Source: Bacilli bacterium
GTDB taxonomy: Bacteria > Bacillota_I > Bacilli_A > RFN20 > CAG-826
Length of the DNA stretch: 64,000 bases
Direction: 5' to 3'
Assembly (NCBI GenBank): GCA_900767605.1
Contig: CAAFZT010000054.1
Span: forward strand, 35-64,034
In this document: in pieces, positions 25,878-35,006 of the stretch
Layout: each line of letters starts with the position of its first letter
Numbering within the stretch: the first letter of the stretch is position 1
The notes under the pieces: model-generated
What the model was told of the DNA's origin: nothing
The model's input: only the letters and a program-made list of their open reading frames with translations
The model's database searches: none
Made by a program: the position numbers and the translations under genes

Positions 25878-27751
25878 AGGCGTTTCTCCTTCTTGAGATA
25901 AAGGGCGAGGATCGTAATGTCCGCGGGATTAACTCCCGGAATGCGGCTTGCTTGTCCTAAATTGGCGGGGCGATATTTATCGAGTTTCTGCCTTGCTTCT
26001 AGGCGTAAGCCATCCATATGGATGTAATCCAAGTCAGGGCGTAATATCATAGCCTCTTCTTTGGAAAAATTCTTCGCCGCTTTTTCTTCTTTGGCAATAT
26101 ATCCTTCGTATTTGGCTTTGGTTTCTAACGCCAAAACGGATTCGTCATCAAAATCATAGGGTTCTAATTCCGGCATTAAAGCCCGGATTCGGCGATATTG
26201 AAAACCGGGGCGTTTCAAAATATCCATGCCTTTTTTGCCATCTTTAGTGGGTGGAAATCCCTTTTCGGCAAAATAGGCATTCAAGCCGTCGCGATCGGAA
26301 ATATTGCAGGTTTCCAAAAGATGGATTGCTTCATGGATTCGCTCGTACTTTTGCTTAAATTCCTCGTAACGGGTCTCGCTTAATAGGCCTAAATCGTGGC
26401 CATGTTCGCAGAGGCGTAAATCCGCGTTGTCGTGGCGAAGCAATAAACGATATTCGGCACGGGAAGAAAGCAAACGATAGGGTTCATCCGTTCCTTTGGT
26501 CACCAAATCATCGATCATGACTCCAATATAGGCTTCATTCCGCTTTAAGACAAACTTGTCCTGGCCACGGATTGCTCTTGCGGCATTGATGCCGGCCATT
26601 AAGCCTAACCCTGCCGCTTCTTCGTATCCACTTGTACCACAAATTTGCCCCGCGATATAAAGACCATCGTATTTTTTAATCTTCAATGTTTCATCGAATT
26701 CGAAGCTCTTCACGGCATCGTATTCAATTTGATAGGCCCACTTTAAGATTTCGGCGTGTTCTAATCCCGGCAAAGAATGGACCATCTCTTCTTGGATTTC
26801 GTGGGGCATGCCGGTAGAAAAGCCTTGAAGGTATATGGATTCGCCGTGTTCATATTCAGGTTCGAGGAACAATTGGTGGCGTTCCTTATCCGCGAAGCGA
26901 TCGATTTTCGATTCAAAAGACGGGCAATAACGGGGGCCGATTCCTTGGATCACGCCATTGAAAACAGCACTGTCCTGCATGTGTTCTTTGACGATATCAA
27001 TCGTTGGTTTTCCCGCGTAAATCAAATAACAAGGCAGTTGTTCCTCAAAGGGAATGAAATGCTTCGTGGAATAGGAAAACGCGAGTTTTTCATGGCTGCC
27101 CTCTTGGATTTCCCCTTTGGAAAAGTCAATGGTCGAGGCCTTTAAGCGAGGCGGAGTCCCCGTTTTAAGACGGATGAGCTCAATCCCCATTTTTTGTAAG
27201 GATTCCGATAATCCTTTCGAAGGCTTTTCTCCATCGGGTCCGCCTTCAAAAACATCGCGGCCCGAAATAATTCGGCCGTTCATGTAGGTGCCCGTAGTTA
27301 AAATTACGGCTTTCGCATTTAAGGTCTTTTTAGAAGAAAGAACGACCCCGTATACGCGTTTATCATCATAAAGAAGGTCTTTGACTTCTTCTTCAATGAT
27401 GGTTAGATTTGGGGTTTGATCCAAAAGAGATTGGATGAAAGCGGGGTAGCCTTTTTTATCTTGTTGGGAGCGAAGACACTGAACGCCAGGGCCCTTGCCG
27501 GTATTGAGCATTTTCATCTGCAAAGGACGATGGTCCGCGGCAATGGCCATAAGGCCGCCGAGCGCATCGATTTCGCGGACAACAATCCCCTTCGCGCTTC
27601 CCCCAATATGCGGGTTGCAGGGCATGTTGCCAATCATCTTGCGGTTCAAAGTGATGAGCAAGGTGCTCAAGCCAAGCATTGCAGAAGCGTGGCTTGCTTC
27701 AATTCCTGCGTGTCCGCCTCCAACCACGATGACGTCAAAATCGGTTTCCAT
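25874..27751 (-). CDS. mnmG: tRNA uridine 5-carboxymethylaminomethyl modification enzyme
   Basis: 625 aa. DVIVVGGGHAGIEA, GPRYCPSFESK, GQICGTSGYEEAA. 4-nt overlap with rsmG. Confidence 0.96.
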   Translation of the reverse strand: METDFDVIVVGGGHAGIEASHASAMLGLSTLLITLNRKMIGNMPCNPHIGGSAKGIVVREIDALGGLMAIAADHRPLQMKMLNTGKGPGVQCLRSQQDKKGYPAFIQSLLDQTPNLTIIEEEVKDLLYDDKRVYGVVLSSKKTLNAKAVILTTGTYMNGRIISGRDVFEGGPDGEKPSKGLSESLQKMGIELIRLKTGTPPRLKASTIDFSKGEIQEGSHEKLAFSYSTKHFIPFEEQLPCYLIYAGKPTIDIVKEHMQDSAVFNGVIQGIGPRYCPSFESKIDRFADKERHQLFLEPEYEHGESIYLQGFSTGMPHEIQEEMVHSLPGLEHAEILKWAYQIEYDAVKSFEFDETLKIKKYDGLYIAGQICGTSGYEEAAGLGLMAGINAARAIRGQDKFVLKRNEAYIGVMIDDLVTKGTDEPYRLLSSRAEYRLLLRHDNADLRLCEHGHDLGLLSETRYEEFKQKYERIHEAIHLLETCNISDRDGLNAYFAEKGFPPTKDGKKGMDILKRPGFQYRRIRALMPELEPYDFDDESVLALETKAKYEGYIAKEEKAAKNFSKEEAMILRPDLDYIHMDGLRLEARQKLDKYRPANLGQASRIPGVNPADITILALYLKKEKRL

Positions 27752-27753
27752 CT

Positions 27754-29169
27754 TTATCCAATGGACCCTGCCATATCCATCTTAATGAGTTGATTGAGTT
27801 CTACCGCGTATTCCATCGGAAGTTCTTTAGCGAAAGGTTCAATAAAGCCCATAACGATCATCTGGGTCGCTTCTTTTTCGCTTAAACCGCGACTCATCAA
27901 ATAGAAAAGCTGTTCTTGATCGATCTTAGAAACCGTGGCTTCGTGTTCGATATAAGAATCATCGTTTTGGATTTCGTTCTTGGGGTACGTATCCGATTTG
28001 GATTCATCATCCAAAATCAACGTATCGCATTCGATGTGCGATTTGGCTCCAATTGCCGAGGGCATCATCCTAACGGTGCCACGGAAATTCGCGATCCCAC
28101 CATGATGGACGACGGATTTGGAAACAATCGTCGAAGAGGTGTCTTTGCCAATATGAATCATACGGGCGCCTGAATCTTGGTACTGCCCTTTGTTGCCCAC
28201 CGCGATCGTCACGGTAGATCCGCGAGAATGGTCGCCTTTTAAAATGCAGGCGGGGTATTTCATGGTCGTCATCGAACCGACGTTGCCATCCACCCATTCC
28301 ATGAATCCGTTTTCTTCCACGCGGGCACGTTGAGTCACCAAATTCAAAATGTTGGTCGACCAGTTTTGAATGGTCGTATAACGGACGTGGGCCCCTTTGT
28401 TGACCACGATTTCTACCACACCCACATGGAGGGATTCCTTGTTGTAAGTCGGGGCGGTGCAGCCTTCCACGTAATGGATATCCGCGCCTTCGTCGGCGAT
28501 AATTAACGTACGTTCGAATTGGCCCGTTTTTTGATTATTGATACGGAAATAAGACTGAAGGGGCTTATCGAGTTTTACGCCCTTGGGAACATAGATAAAA
28601 CTTCCTCCACTCCAGCAGGCTCCGTTTAACGCGCTGAATTTGCTGTCGGCAACAGGAATCACCGTCCCAAAATATTGCTTAAATAAATCAGGGAAAAGTT
28701 TTAACCCCATATCGCTAGAAAGGAAGATAACGCCTTTTTCCTGCAATTCGGAAAGCATGTTGTGATAAACGACTTCCGATTCGTATTGGGTGGAGACACC
28801 AGAAAGGAATTTTTGTTCCGCTTCTGGAATCCCAAGGCGGTTGAAGGTGTTTTTAACGGTCTCGGGAATCTCATCCCAAGAGGAATGTTCTCCTTCCGCC
28901 ACGCGGGTGAAATAGGTGTAGGAATCAAAATCGACGTTATCAAGGGAGGGGCCAAAATCTGGCATCGGCATCTTCAGAAACTGACGGTACGCCTTTAAAC
29001 GGAATTCGAGCATCCATTCCGGTTCCCCTTTGGCTTTGGAAATCTCGCGAACGACGTTTTCGTTTAACCCTTTTCCAGTGTTATAAATCGAAACGTCCTT
29101 ATCGCGGAAACCGTATTGGTATTCTTCGTTTAGGATATCGCTGGGTGTTGGTTTTTTCTCATTCGCCAT
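27754..29169 (-). CDS. sufB: Fe-S cluster assembly scaffold SufB
   Basis: 471 aa. Typical SufB blocks ([50 protein letters not shown]). Confidence 0.95.
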   Translation of the reverse strand: MANEKKPTPSDILNEEYQYGFRDKDVSIYNTGKGLNENVVREISKAKGEPEWMLEFRLKAYRQFLKMPMPDFGPSLDNVDFDSYTYFTRVAEGEHSSWDEIPETVKNTFNRLGIPEAEQKFLSGVSTQYESEVVYHNMLSELQEKGVIFLSSDMGLKLFPDLFKQYFGTVIPVADSKFSALNGACWSGGSFIYVPKGVKLDKPLQSYFRINNQKTGQFERTLIIADEGADIHYVEGCTAPTYNKESLHVGVVEIVVNKGAHVRYTTIQNWSTNILNLVTQRARVEENGFMEWVDGNVGSMTTMKYPACILKGDHSRGSTVTIAVGNKGQYQDSGARMIHIGKDTSSTIVSKSVVHHGGIANFRGTVRMMPSAIGAKSHIECDTLILDDESKSDTYPKNEIQNDDSYIEHEATVSKIDQEQLFYLMSRGLSEKEATQMIVMGFIEPFAKELPMEYAVELNQLIKMDMAGSIG

Positions 29170-29623
29170 GGTGCTTTGCCTCCTCTTCTTGGATCAATTT
29201 GGCAAAAGCATCCCAGCCAATGGTCGCGCAATGGATGCGGGAAGGCTGACGATGGGTGTTGGCAAAGCAAAGAGCTTCATCCAAAACGGAAGCATCGTAT
29301 TCTTCCTGTCCCGTAATCATTTTGGTGTATTCCTCTTGGATTTTTTTGGCTTCTTCGTCTTTTTTGCCAATTAATAAATCGCAGAGGATATCCGTGGAAG
29401 CGGTAGAAATCGCGCAGGCGGTGCCATCCCAGCACGCATCGACGATCGTTCCATTTTCTTCCTTGAGCCAAACATCGATATCGTCGATGCAATTCACCGA
29501 GGAACTATGCGTGGAAAGATACCCATCTAGGCTGGAGGGCTTGGCCTTATGGCGCGGAGCGTTATAGTGGTCGATGATGATTTCCCGCATCATCATGGGA
29601 TTGAGTTCAATTGAAGTAGGCAT
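29159..29623 (-). CDS. sufU: SUF-system Fe-S assembly/sulfur-transfer protein SufU (IscU-like)
   Basis: 154 aa. NPxCxD-like region, [17 protein letters not shown] conserved cysteines. Confidence 0.88.
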   Translation of the reverse strand: MPTSIELNPMMMREIIIDHYNAPRHKAKPSSLDGYLSTHSSSVNCIDDIDVWLKEENGTIVDACWDGTACAISTASTDILCDLLIGKKDEEAKKIQEEYTKMITGQEEYDASVLDEALCFANTHRQPSRIHCATIGWDAFAKLIQEEEAKHHGE

Positions 29624-30839
29624 CTAAGAAATGACCTCCATTTTTAACGGCGTCGACGAGGGCGTCGATTTCTTGTTTGGTGGTGTAGAGATAAAACGAA
29701 GCGCGGACCGTGGCTACCGTCCCCAACAAGGAGGAAAGGATTTTGGCGCAGTGATTGCCCGAACGGCAGGCAATGCCACGACTATTAAGGTAAGTTGCCG
29801 CGTCTTGGGCAAAGACCCCGTTGATATTAAAGGTAACAATTCCCGCTTCGCTATCGGGATTATAAATCGTGACTTTTCCGGTTTTTTGCAGTTCTTCGAC
29901 TGCGTATTTTTTGAGTTCGCGTTCGTGCTTTTGAATGTTGTCTAGGCCGATGCTTTCCAAATATTCAACGGCGGGACGCAAGGCACAGATTTCAGCTAAA
30001 GGCTGAGTCCCGGCTTCAAAGCGCATCGGAGGTTCCAAGAAGGAGGCTTCCCCGCACATATCGAATTTGACGTTCATACCACCACCCGTCATATAGGGCT
30101 GCGTCTGTTTTAACAAATCGTATTTGCCATAAAGAACGCCAACTCCGGTCGGGCCGCACATCTTATGAGAACTAAACGCCAAGAAATCGCAATCGAGGTC
30201 TTGGACATCCATCTTCATGTGCGGAACGCATTGAGCACCATCAAGAATGAAGATGGCCCCATTTTCGTGAGCCACTTCCGCCAGCTCTTTCATCGGGGCG
30301 ACGTAGCCTAAGACGTTGGTTACCCCAGCAATGCTAACGATTTTGGTTTTGGGGGAAATGACCTTTTTAAGGTTTTCTACCGTTAAGCGACCCTCTTTGG
30401 TCAAAGGGATGAAATTCACTTGGCAACCCGTTAGCTCGGCGACGCGGTACCACGGCAAAACATTGGAAGCGTGTTCGGCTTGGGTGATCAAGATTTCATC
30501 GTCGGGTCCGAGTTTTCTAGCGGCGTACCCGTAGGCGATGAGATTCATGCCGGCGGTATCTCCAGCTGTGAAAACCACTTCGGTGGGGTCGCAATGCAAT
30601 AAATGGGCAACGGCTTTTCGGGTTCCAAGAACCTTTTGGTCCATGTTGTAGCAAAGGTCATAATCCCCGCGATGGGAATTGGCCGTTTCAAACGAATAGT
30701 AACGAACCGTTTCGTTGATCACGCAGTCGGGCTTAAACGTCGTGGAGGCGTTATCGAGCCAAACAAGAGGTTTCCCCTGCATTTGAATATGGTTTCGAAG
30801 CATTGGGAAATCGGAACGGATTTTATCGAGATCCAACAT
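29607..30839 (-). CDS. sufS: cysteine desulfurase SufS (class II)
   Basis: 410 aa. PLP lysine block FSSHKMCGPTGVGVLYG and active-site RSGNHCA. Confidence 0.95.
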   Translation of the reverse strand: MLDLDKIRSDFPMLRNHIQMQGKPLVWLDNASTTFKPDCVINETVRYYSFETANSHRGDYDLCYNMDQKVLGTRKAVAHLLHCDPTEVVFTAGDTAGMNLIAYGYAARKLGPDDEILITQAEHASNVLPWYRVAELTGCQVNFIPLTKEGRLTVENLKKVISPKTKIVSIAGVTNVLGYVAPMKELAEVAHENGAIFILDGAQCVPHMKMDVQDLDCDFLAFSSHKMCGPTGVGVLYGKYDLLKQTQPYMTGGGMNVKFDMCGEASFLEPPMRFEAGTQPLAEICALRPAVEYLESIGLDNIQKHERELKKYAVEELQKTGKVTIYNPDSEAGIVTFNINGVFAQDAATYLNSRGIACRSGNHCAKILSSLLGTVATVRASFYLYTTKQEIDALVDAVKNGGHFLDAYFN

Positions 30840-31513
30840 TAGATTCCTCCTTCGATCGCCTCGTCGATACGAGAACGATCCGCTTCATCAAAATAAGTTT
30901 CGATGGGTTTTAGATAACCCAAGGTAATGAGCCTACGGGCTTCTTTGGAGTCCAGCCCGCGGGACATCAAATAGAACATATGGTCTTCGTTGAGTTTGCC
31001 AACAATCGCCGCGTGAGAAGCCGACACGTCATTCTCATCGATTTTTAAAATCGGAGAGCAACGGGCCAAGCAGCGAGGATCGAAAACAATGATTTTGGCC
31101 GCTTGTCGGGTTTTGGAAGCGCGAGCTCCATGCTGAATCTGGCTAACTCCGGTGAAAACCAGATGGCTTTCGTTTTCGCTGATGCCGTAATTTTCCATAA
31201 CTCCCTCGGTATGCGGAGCCAAATGGAAACAGCTGGCTTCAATCGTCTTTTTATCGCTACCTTTGGACAAAACGGCGCCATGGAATTCGCAAGAGGCGCC
31301 TTCTCCTTCTAGGAATACAGAAAGACGGAAAGTTCCACTTCCCTTCGAGAAGTCCGCTAAGGCGCCGATAAATTTGGCGTCCTTTGCAACGTGGACTTCG
31401 ATATCCGTGGAAGGGAAGGATTCAAAACTCGCCATATTAAGGCGAAGTTCTTCCCCTTCTTTCACCGAATAGGAAGCGGCTTGAATATCTTGGTTGATTA
31501 AAGTCGTTTTCAT
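30839..31513 (-). CDS. sufD: SufD-like Fe-S assembly protein, half-length (224 aa)
   Basis: ORF track 30839..31543. The ATG at 31513 shares ATGA with the sufC stop. C-terminal SufBD beta-helix blocks (AAKIIVFD, SHAAIVGKLNEDHMFYLMSRG). The N-terminal half of canonical SufD is absent. Confidence 0.82.
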   Translation of the reverse strand: MKTTLINQDIQAASYSVKEGEELRLNMASFESFPSTDIEVHVAKDAKFIGALADFSKGSGTFRLSVFLEGEGASCEFHGAVLSKGSDKKTIEASCFHLAPHTEGVMENYGISENESHLVFTGVSQIQHGARASKTRQAAKIIVFDPRCLARCSPILKIDENDVSASHAAIVGKLNEDHMFYLMSRGLDSKEARRLITLGYLKPIETYFDEADRSRIDEAIEGGI

Positions 31514-32334
31514 CAGATACCCGCTTTCTCTTTCGCGGCGCAAGCGCCGATGGAAACGTTATTCATACCCGGGTTTTCTTTTTCAATTTCAATGCCGAGT
31601 TCCCGTTTAATCCATTCATATCCTTCGCGGTCAATTCGTTCAATGAGAGTAGGATCGCCATTAACGCGAATGCGACCATTGATCATGATGGCTACGCGAG
31701 TGGGGTGAATCAAATCATATAAACGGGCATAGTGCGAGATGACAAGGAATCCACGTCCCTTGGCCTGCTCTTCTTCGATGGATTTGGCGACGATATTAAT
31801 GGCGTCCACATCAAGACCCGAATCGATCTCATCTAGCAAAGCAAATTTCGGATCAAGCAATTTCATTTGGAGGATTTCGTTCCGCTTCTTTTCGCCACCG
31901 CTGAACCCTTCGTTCAGGTTGCGGTTGCTCATCTCAAAGGGAATACCCGTTTCCTTATAAGCCTTCTGCAGTTTGGAATAGTATTCAAAAAGCGACATCG
32001 GCTTTTGACGCCGAGCATTCATAGCGGCCTTCAAAAAATCAGCGCTGTTCACCCCGGGAATTTCGCTGGGGTATTGGAAAGCAAGAAAAATGCCGGCTTT
32101 CGAACGTTGGTCAACGCTCATCGCCAAGACGTCTTGCCCATCCAAAGTAATGGATCCTTCCGTCACATGGTAATTGGGATTTCCCATGATCGCGGCGAGC
32201 AGCGTGCTCTTACCATGACCGTTGGGGCCAAGGAGGGCCAGGGTTTCGCCTTCGTTCAATTCGAGGTCGACCCCTTTCAATATTTCGTGGTCTTGGACCG
32301 ATACATGTAAATTTTCAATTTTTAGCGTTGACAT
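31513..32334 (-). CDS. sufC: Fe-S cluster assembly ATPase SufC
   Basis: The ATG at 32334 lies 6 nt behind GGAGGTG. Walker A GPNGHGKST, signature FSGGEKKRNEI, Walker B ALLDEIDSGLD. Confidence 0.95.
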   Translation of the reverse strand: MSTLKIENLHVSVQDHEILKGVDLELNEGETLALLGPNGHGKSTLLAAIMGNPNYHVTEGSITLDGQDVLAMSVDQRSKAGIFLAFQYPSEIPGVNSADFLKAAMNARRQKPMSLFEYYSKLQKAYKETGIPFEMSNRNLNEGFSGGEKKRNEILQMKLLDPKFALLDEIDSGLDVDAINIVAKSIEEEQAKGRGFLVISHYARLYDLIHPTRVAIMINGRIRVNGDPTLIERIDREGYEWIKRELGIEIEKENPGMNNVSIGACAAKEKAGI

Positions 32335-32598
32335 AAAAAGCACCTCCAAAGGAGCCTGTCTATTTTATGCATCTAGGCATAGCCTATCAAACGAAACGAT
32401 AACGTCAAACGTAAATTAAGCCCTCTTTCGCCCAAGAAACAGATTTGCCCGTGCCCTGTCGACAATAAGCAAAATCCTCTTTTCTTAATGAAATCGAGTT
32501 CAAAATATAACTTTTAAACTATGAAAAGATAATTATATTTTGCTATACATTCACGTTCGGTATTTTTAAAAAAGAATCCGCGTTAATTTTCAATCCTT

Positions 32599-32613
32599 TC
32601 TTAATAATTAAGA
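32599..32613. promoter_or_regulatory. Fur-family-like 7-1-7 inverted repeat TCTTAATAATTAAGA
   Basis: Perfect 7-1-7 palindrome with the TnnTAAT-n-ATTAnnA architecture of Fur/PerR/Zur boxes. It sits at the centre of the 527-bp divergent spacer, about 265 bp from both the sufC and lipoprotein start codons. Confidence 0.4.
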
Positions 32614-32876
32614 ATATAAGGAAGAATTTGACGTTTTCACTCTGCTTACATTTGTCATTTTCTTATACATTAAAATTAAACTTTGAATGAAGAAACGTTT
32701 TTTAACATAATCACGCAAAATTTGACCAATTTAGGCTGAGAACAAAACCATTCGATTCCTTCTTTTTACCCCTTAAGAAATAATCCCTCATCATCCCGAA
32801 TTATTTTTATTGCCTTGATACTCTTAAGAGTATAAACTTCAAAGGCTACGTTCAGACGAAGGAGGAACGATTCCAC

Positions 32877-34994
32877 ATGAAGAAAACCAAACTCCTCACA
32901 TGTTTAGTTAGCCTCACGGCCCTCGCCACTTTGGCGGGCTGCAACGAGACCAGCTACAAAGAGGGTGTCGCGATTAGCTTCACCGATGCGAATGGCAAAG
33001 TCACGAACTATACAACCAAAGAATTGTTTGAGGACTATCAAGCCAGCAGCAGCACCGCAAGCAGCGATTTTGACAAAATCAAAGAAATTCTAATCCGTAA
33101 GTACTATCAGGATCCGAGCCGTGCCGGCGACCTTAGCCTTTTGAAGTCCTCGGCCCAAACCAAAGTTGACGGTATCAAGAACCAAGCGGAGACCAATGCC
33201 AAAAATAACGGCACGTCCTACGCAACCGAACTCGAAGCCTTGTTGGACGGCGAAAGTGTCGACAACGTGGAAGAGCTTTATCAAAAGAAACTCTACGAAG
33301 TCGAATCCGACAAATTCAACACCGACTATCAAAGCGACGCCAATTTGGTAAAGATGCGTGATGGCAAAGATTCCGATGGCAACAAATTCTTCCCCGAAGA
33401 CGAAAACTTCGGCAAAGGATCGGAAGGTTATTTGAAGACCCGCATGCCGTACAACGTTTCGCACATTTTGCTCGAAGCTTCCAGCGCGAGCGAATCCGAT
33501 GCCACAAGCACCGCGGTCAGCGAAACCGAAGCCAAAACCTTTGGCGATGTCATCTTAATGATGGCGGGCGCCAGCACCGTTGACAGCGATAACGGCAAGA
33601 AATCCGTCGCCGACGGACGCATGACCTTTGGCGAATTGGCGAAAACCTATTCCAAAGATACCGGATCCGCCGAAAAATACGGCAACCTCGGCATCATGGA
33701 TACTTCCACTTCCTTCGTCCAAGGATTCCAATATGGCGTTTATGCTTACGACCTCTTCTTCAATAAGAGCACGCATAAGGATGCAGATGCCAACAAATCG
33801 GCCATCATGTATTCCGAAGACGCCAAATTCCGCAACGAAAAAGGCGAGGAAACCCTTCTTTCCGAAGCCACGGCCGCTGATGGCGTTTTAGGCGAAATCG
33901 GCACGATTCCCTTCGGTGCCGCCGTCGCTTTGGCCAATGACCAAGTCAACAAGAACTTCCCGTCGCAGCAATATCAAGTCAATGATAATGATTCGGCCTA
34001 CATGCCGCGCAACGTCATTTGGAACAAATACTTCAACTCGCACCGCATTGCCGTGATCACCCCGAACCGCATCGCCTATAACGATGTCGTCGAAGCGGGA
34101 TTCACCCAAGCCAGCGAAGAAGCTGCTGCCACCAAATATGCGGAAGCGGAAGGTTATTACAAGAAGACCGCCGAAGACGCTGCTTGGAAAGGCACGTTAG
34201 ATAACGATTACGCGAAGCTCCCTGGTTTCCAAAACAACACCAAGGACATCCTTGATGTGAAAGATGCCAGTGGCAACGCCGAAAACGTTCTCACCAACGA
34301 AAAAGGACAAATCATCCTTGCCGTTCGTGGCGATTCCGGAACCAAAGGCATCCACTTCATCGTCGTGGAACGCAGCCCGCTCATCGCTTACGCTGGATTC
34401 GACAATGGCAAATACGTCGAAACCACCGAAACGAGCACCAGCAAAGATATCACCTCGCTTTCTGAATACTACACCTTCGAAAACCCGGCCGAATCCAAGA
34501 GCTATCCGCAATATACGGTTGGCGATACCAAAGTGGACAAGACAACCCTCATCACCATGGGCCTTGATACCACCAAGGAAAACTACAAGACCAACATCGA
34601 AGATTTGAAGAGCAAAGTCAAAGCCGCCTATTCCAGCGACCTCGACACCTACGAAGTCCAATACTTGGTCAAAGAAACCAAGGCGCAATTCAATGTGGAG
34701 AACGCCACGGTCAAAACGATCATGGATTCCGTTTATAACTATTCGAAGCAACAAAGAAAGAAGAACGCGGAAGACGCAGAAAAGTCCATCGACGAAGCCT
34801 GGGCCAAATACGCGGAATTCCTCCTTCGCGAAGATGCTTCCCGCGAAACCCGCGCCGATGGTTCTCAAAAGCTCATCTCCGAAGTCGCGGCCTTGACCTA
34901 CAACACCGCCGACGCCCGTGATGGAAAGAACATCTGGGGCATCGTTACCAGCGGCACCCACGCCGGAAAACCGGGCGCCTGCTATAAGAAGTAA
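32877..34994 (+). CDS. large surface lipoprotein with a split parvulin (PrsA/PpiC-like) domain
   Basis: 705 aa. Lipobox LATLAGC (Cys22). Parvulin signatures VSHILL, FGELAKTYSKDTGSAEKYGNLG and KGIHFIVVE, separated by an insertion of about 190 aa (domain about 33450-34370). GGAGG RBS. Confidence 0.8.
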   Translation: MKKTKLLTCLVSLTALATLAGCNETSYKEGVAISFTDANGKVTNYTTKELFEDYQASSSTASSDFDKIKEILIRKYYQDPSRAGDLSLLKSSAQTKVDGIKNQAETNAKNNGTSYATELEALLDGESVDNVEELYQKKLYEVESDKFNTDYQSDANLVKMRDGKDSDGNKFFPEDENFGKGSEGYLKTRMPYNVSHILLEASSASESDATSTAVSETEAKTFGDVILMMAGASTVDSDNGKKSVADGRMTFGELAKTYSKDTGSAEKYGNLGIMDTSTSFVQGFQYGVYAYDLFFNKSTHKDADANKSAIMYSEDAKFRNEKGEETLLSEATAADGVLGEIGTIPFGAAVALANDQVNKNFPSQQYQVNDNDSAYMPRNVIWNKYFNSHRIAVITPNRIAYNDVVEAGFTQASEEAAATKYAEAEGYYKKTAEDAAWKGTLDNDYAKLPGFQNNTKDILDVKDASGNAENVLTNEKGQIILAVRGDSGTKGIHFIVVERSPLIAYAGFDNGKYVETTETSTSKDITSLSEYYTFENPAESKSYPQYTVGDTKVDKTTLITMGLDTTKENYKTNIEDLKSKVKAAYSSDLDTYEVQYLVKETKAQFNVENATVKTIMDSVYNYSKQQRKKNAEDAEKSIDEAWAKYAEFLLREDASRETRADGSQKLISEVAALTYNTADARDGKNIWGIVTSGTHAGKPGACYKK

Positions 34995-35006
34995 GGAGAA
35001 ACGAAC

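Noticed and set aside
32421-32456. Four G3 tracts on the minus strand (the suf leader) as a G-quadruplex candidate
   Set aside because: One loop would be 14 nt long and there is only one set of four tracts. This is too weak to claim without experimental support.
32350-32876. The 527-bp AT-rich divergent spacer next to the mnmG-rsmG-parAB side, as a candidate oriC
   Set aside because: I found no TTATCCACA-type DnaA boxes (only TATACATT twice), no dnaA or dnaN nearby, and the gene orientation switches again at 37166.
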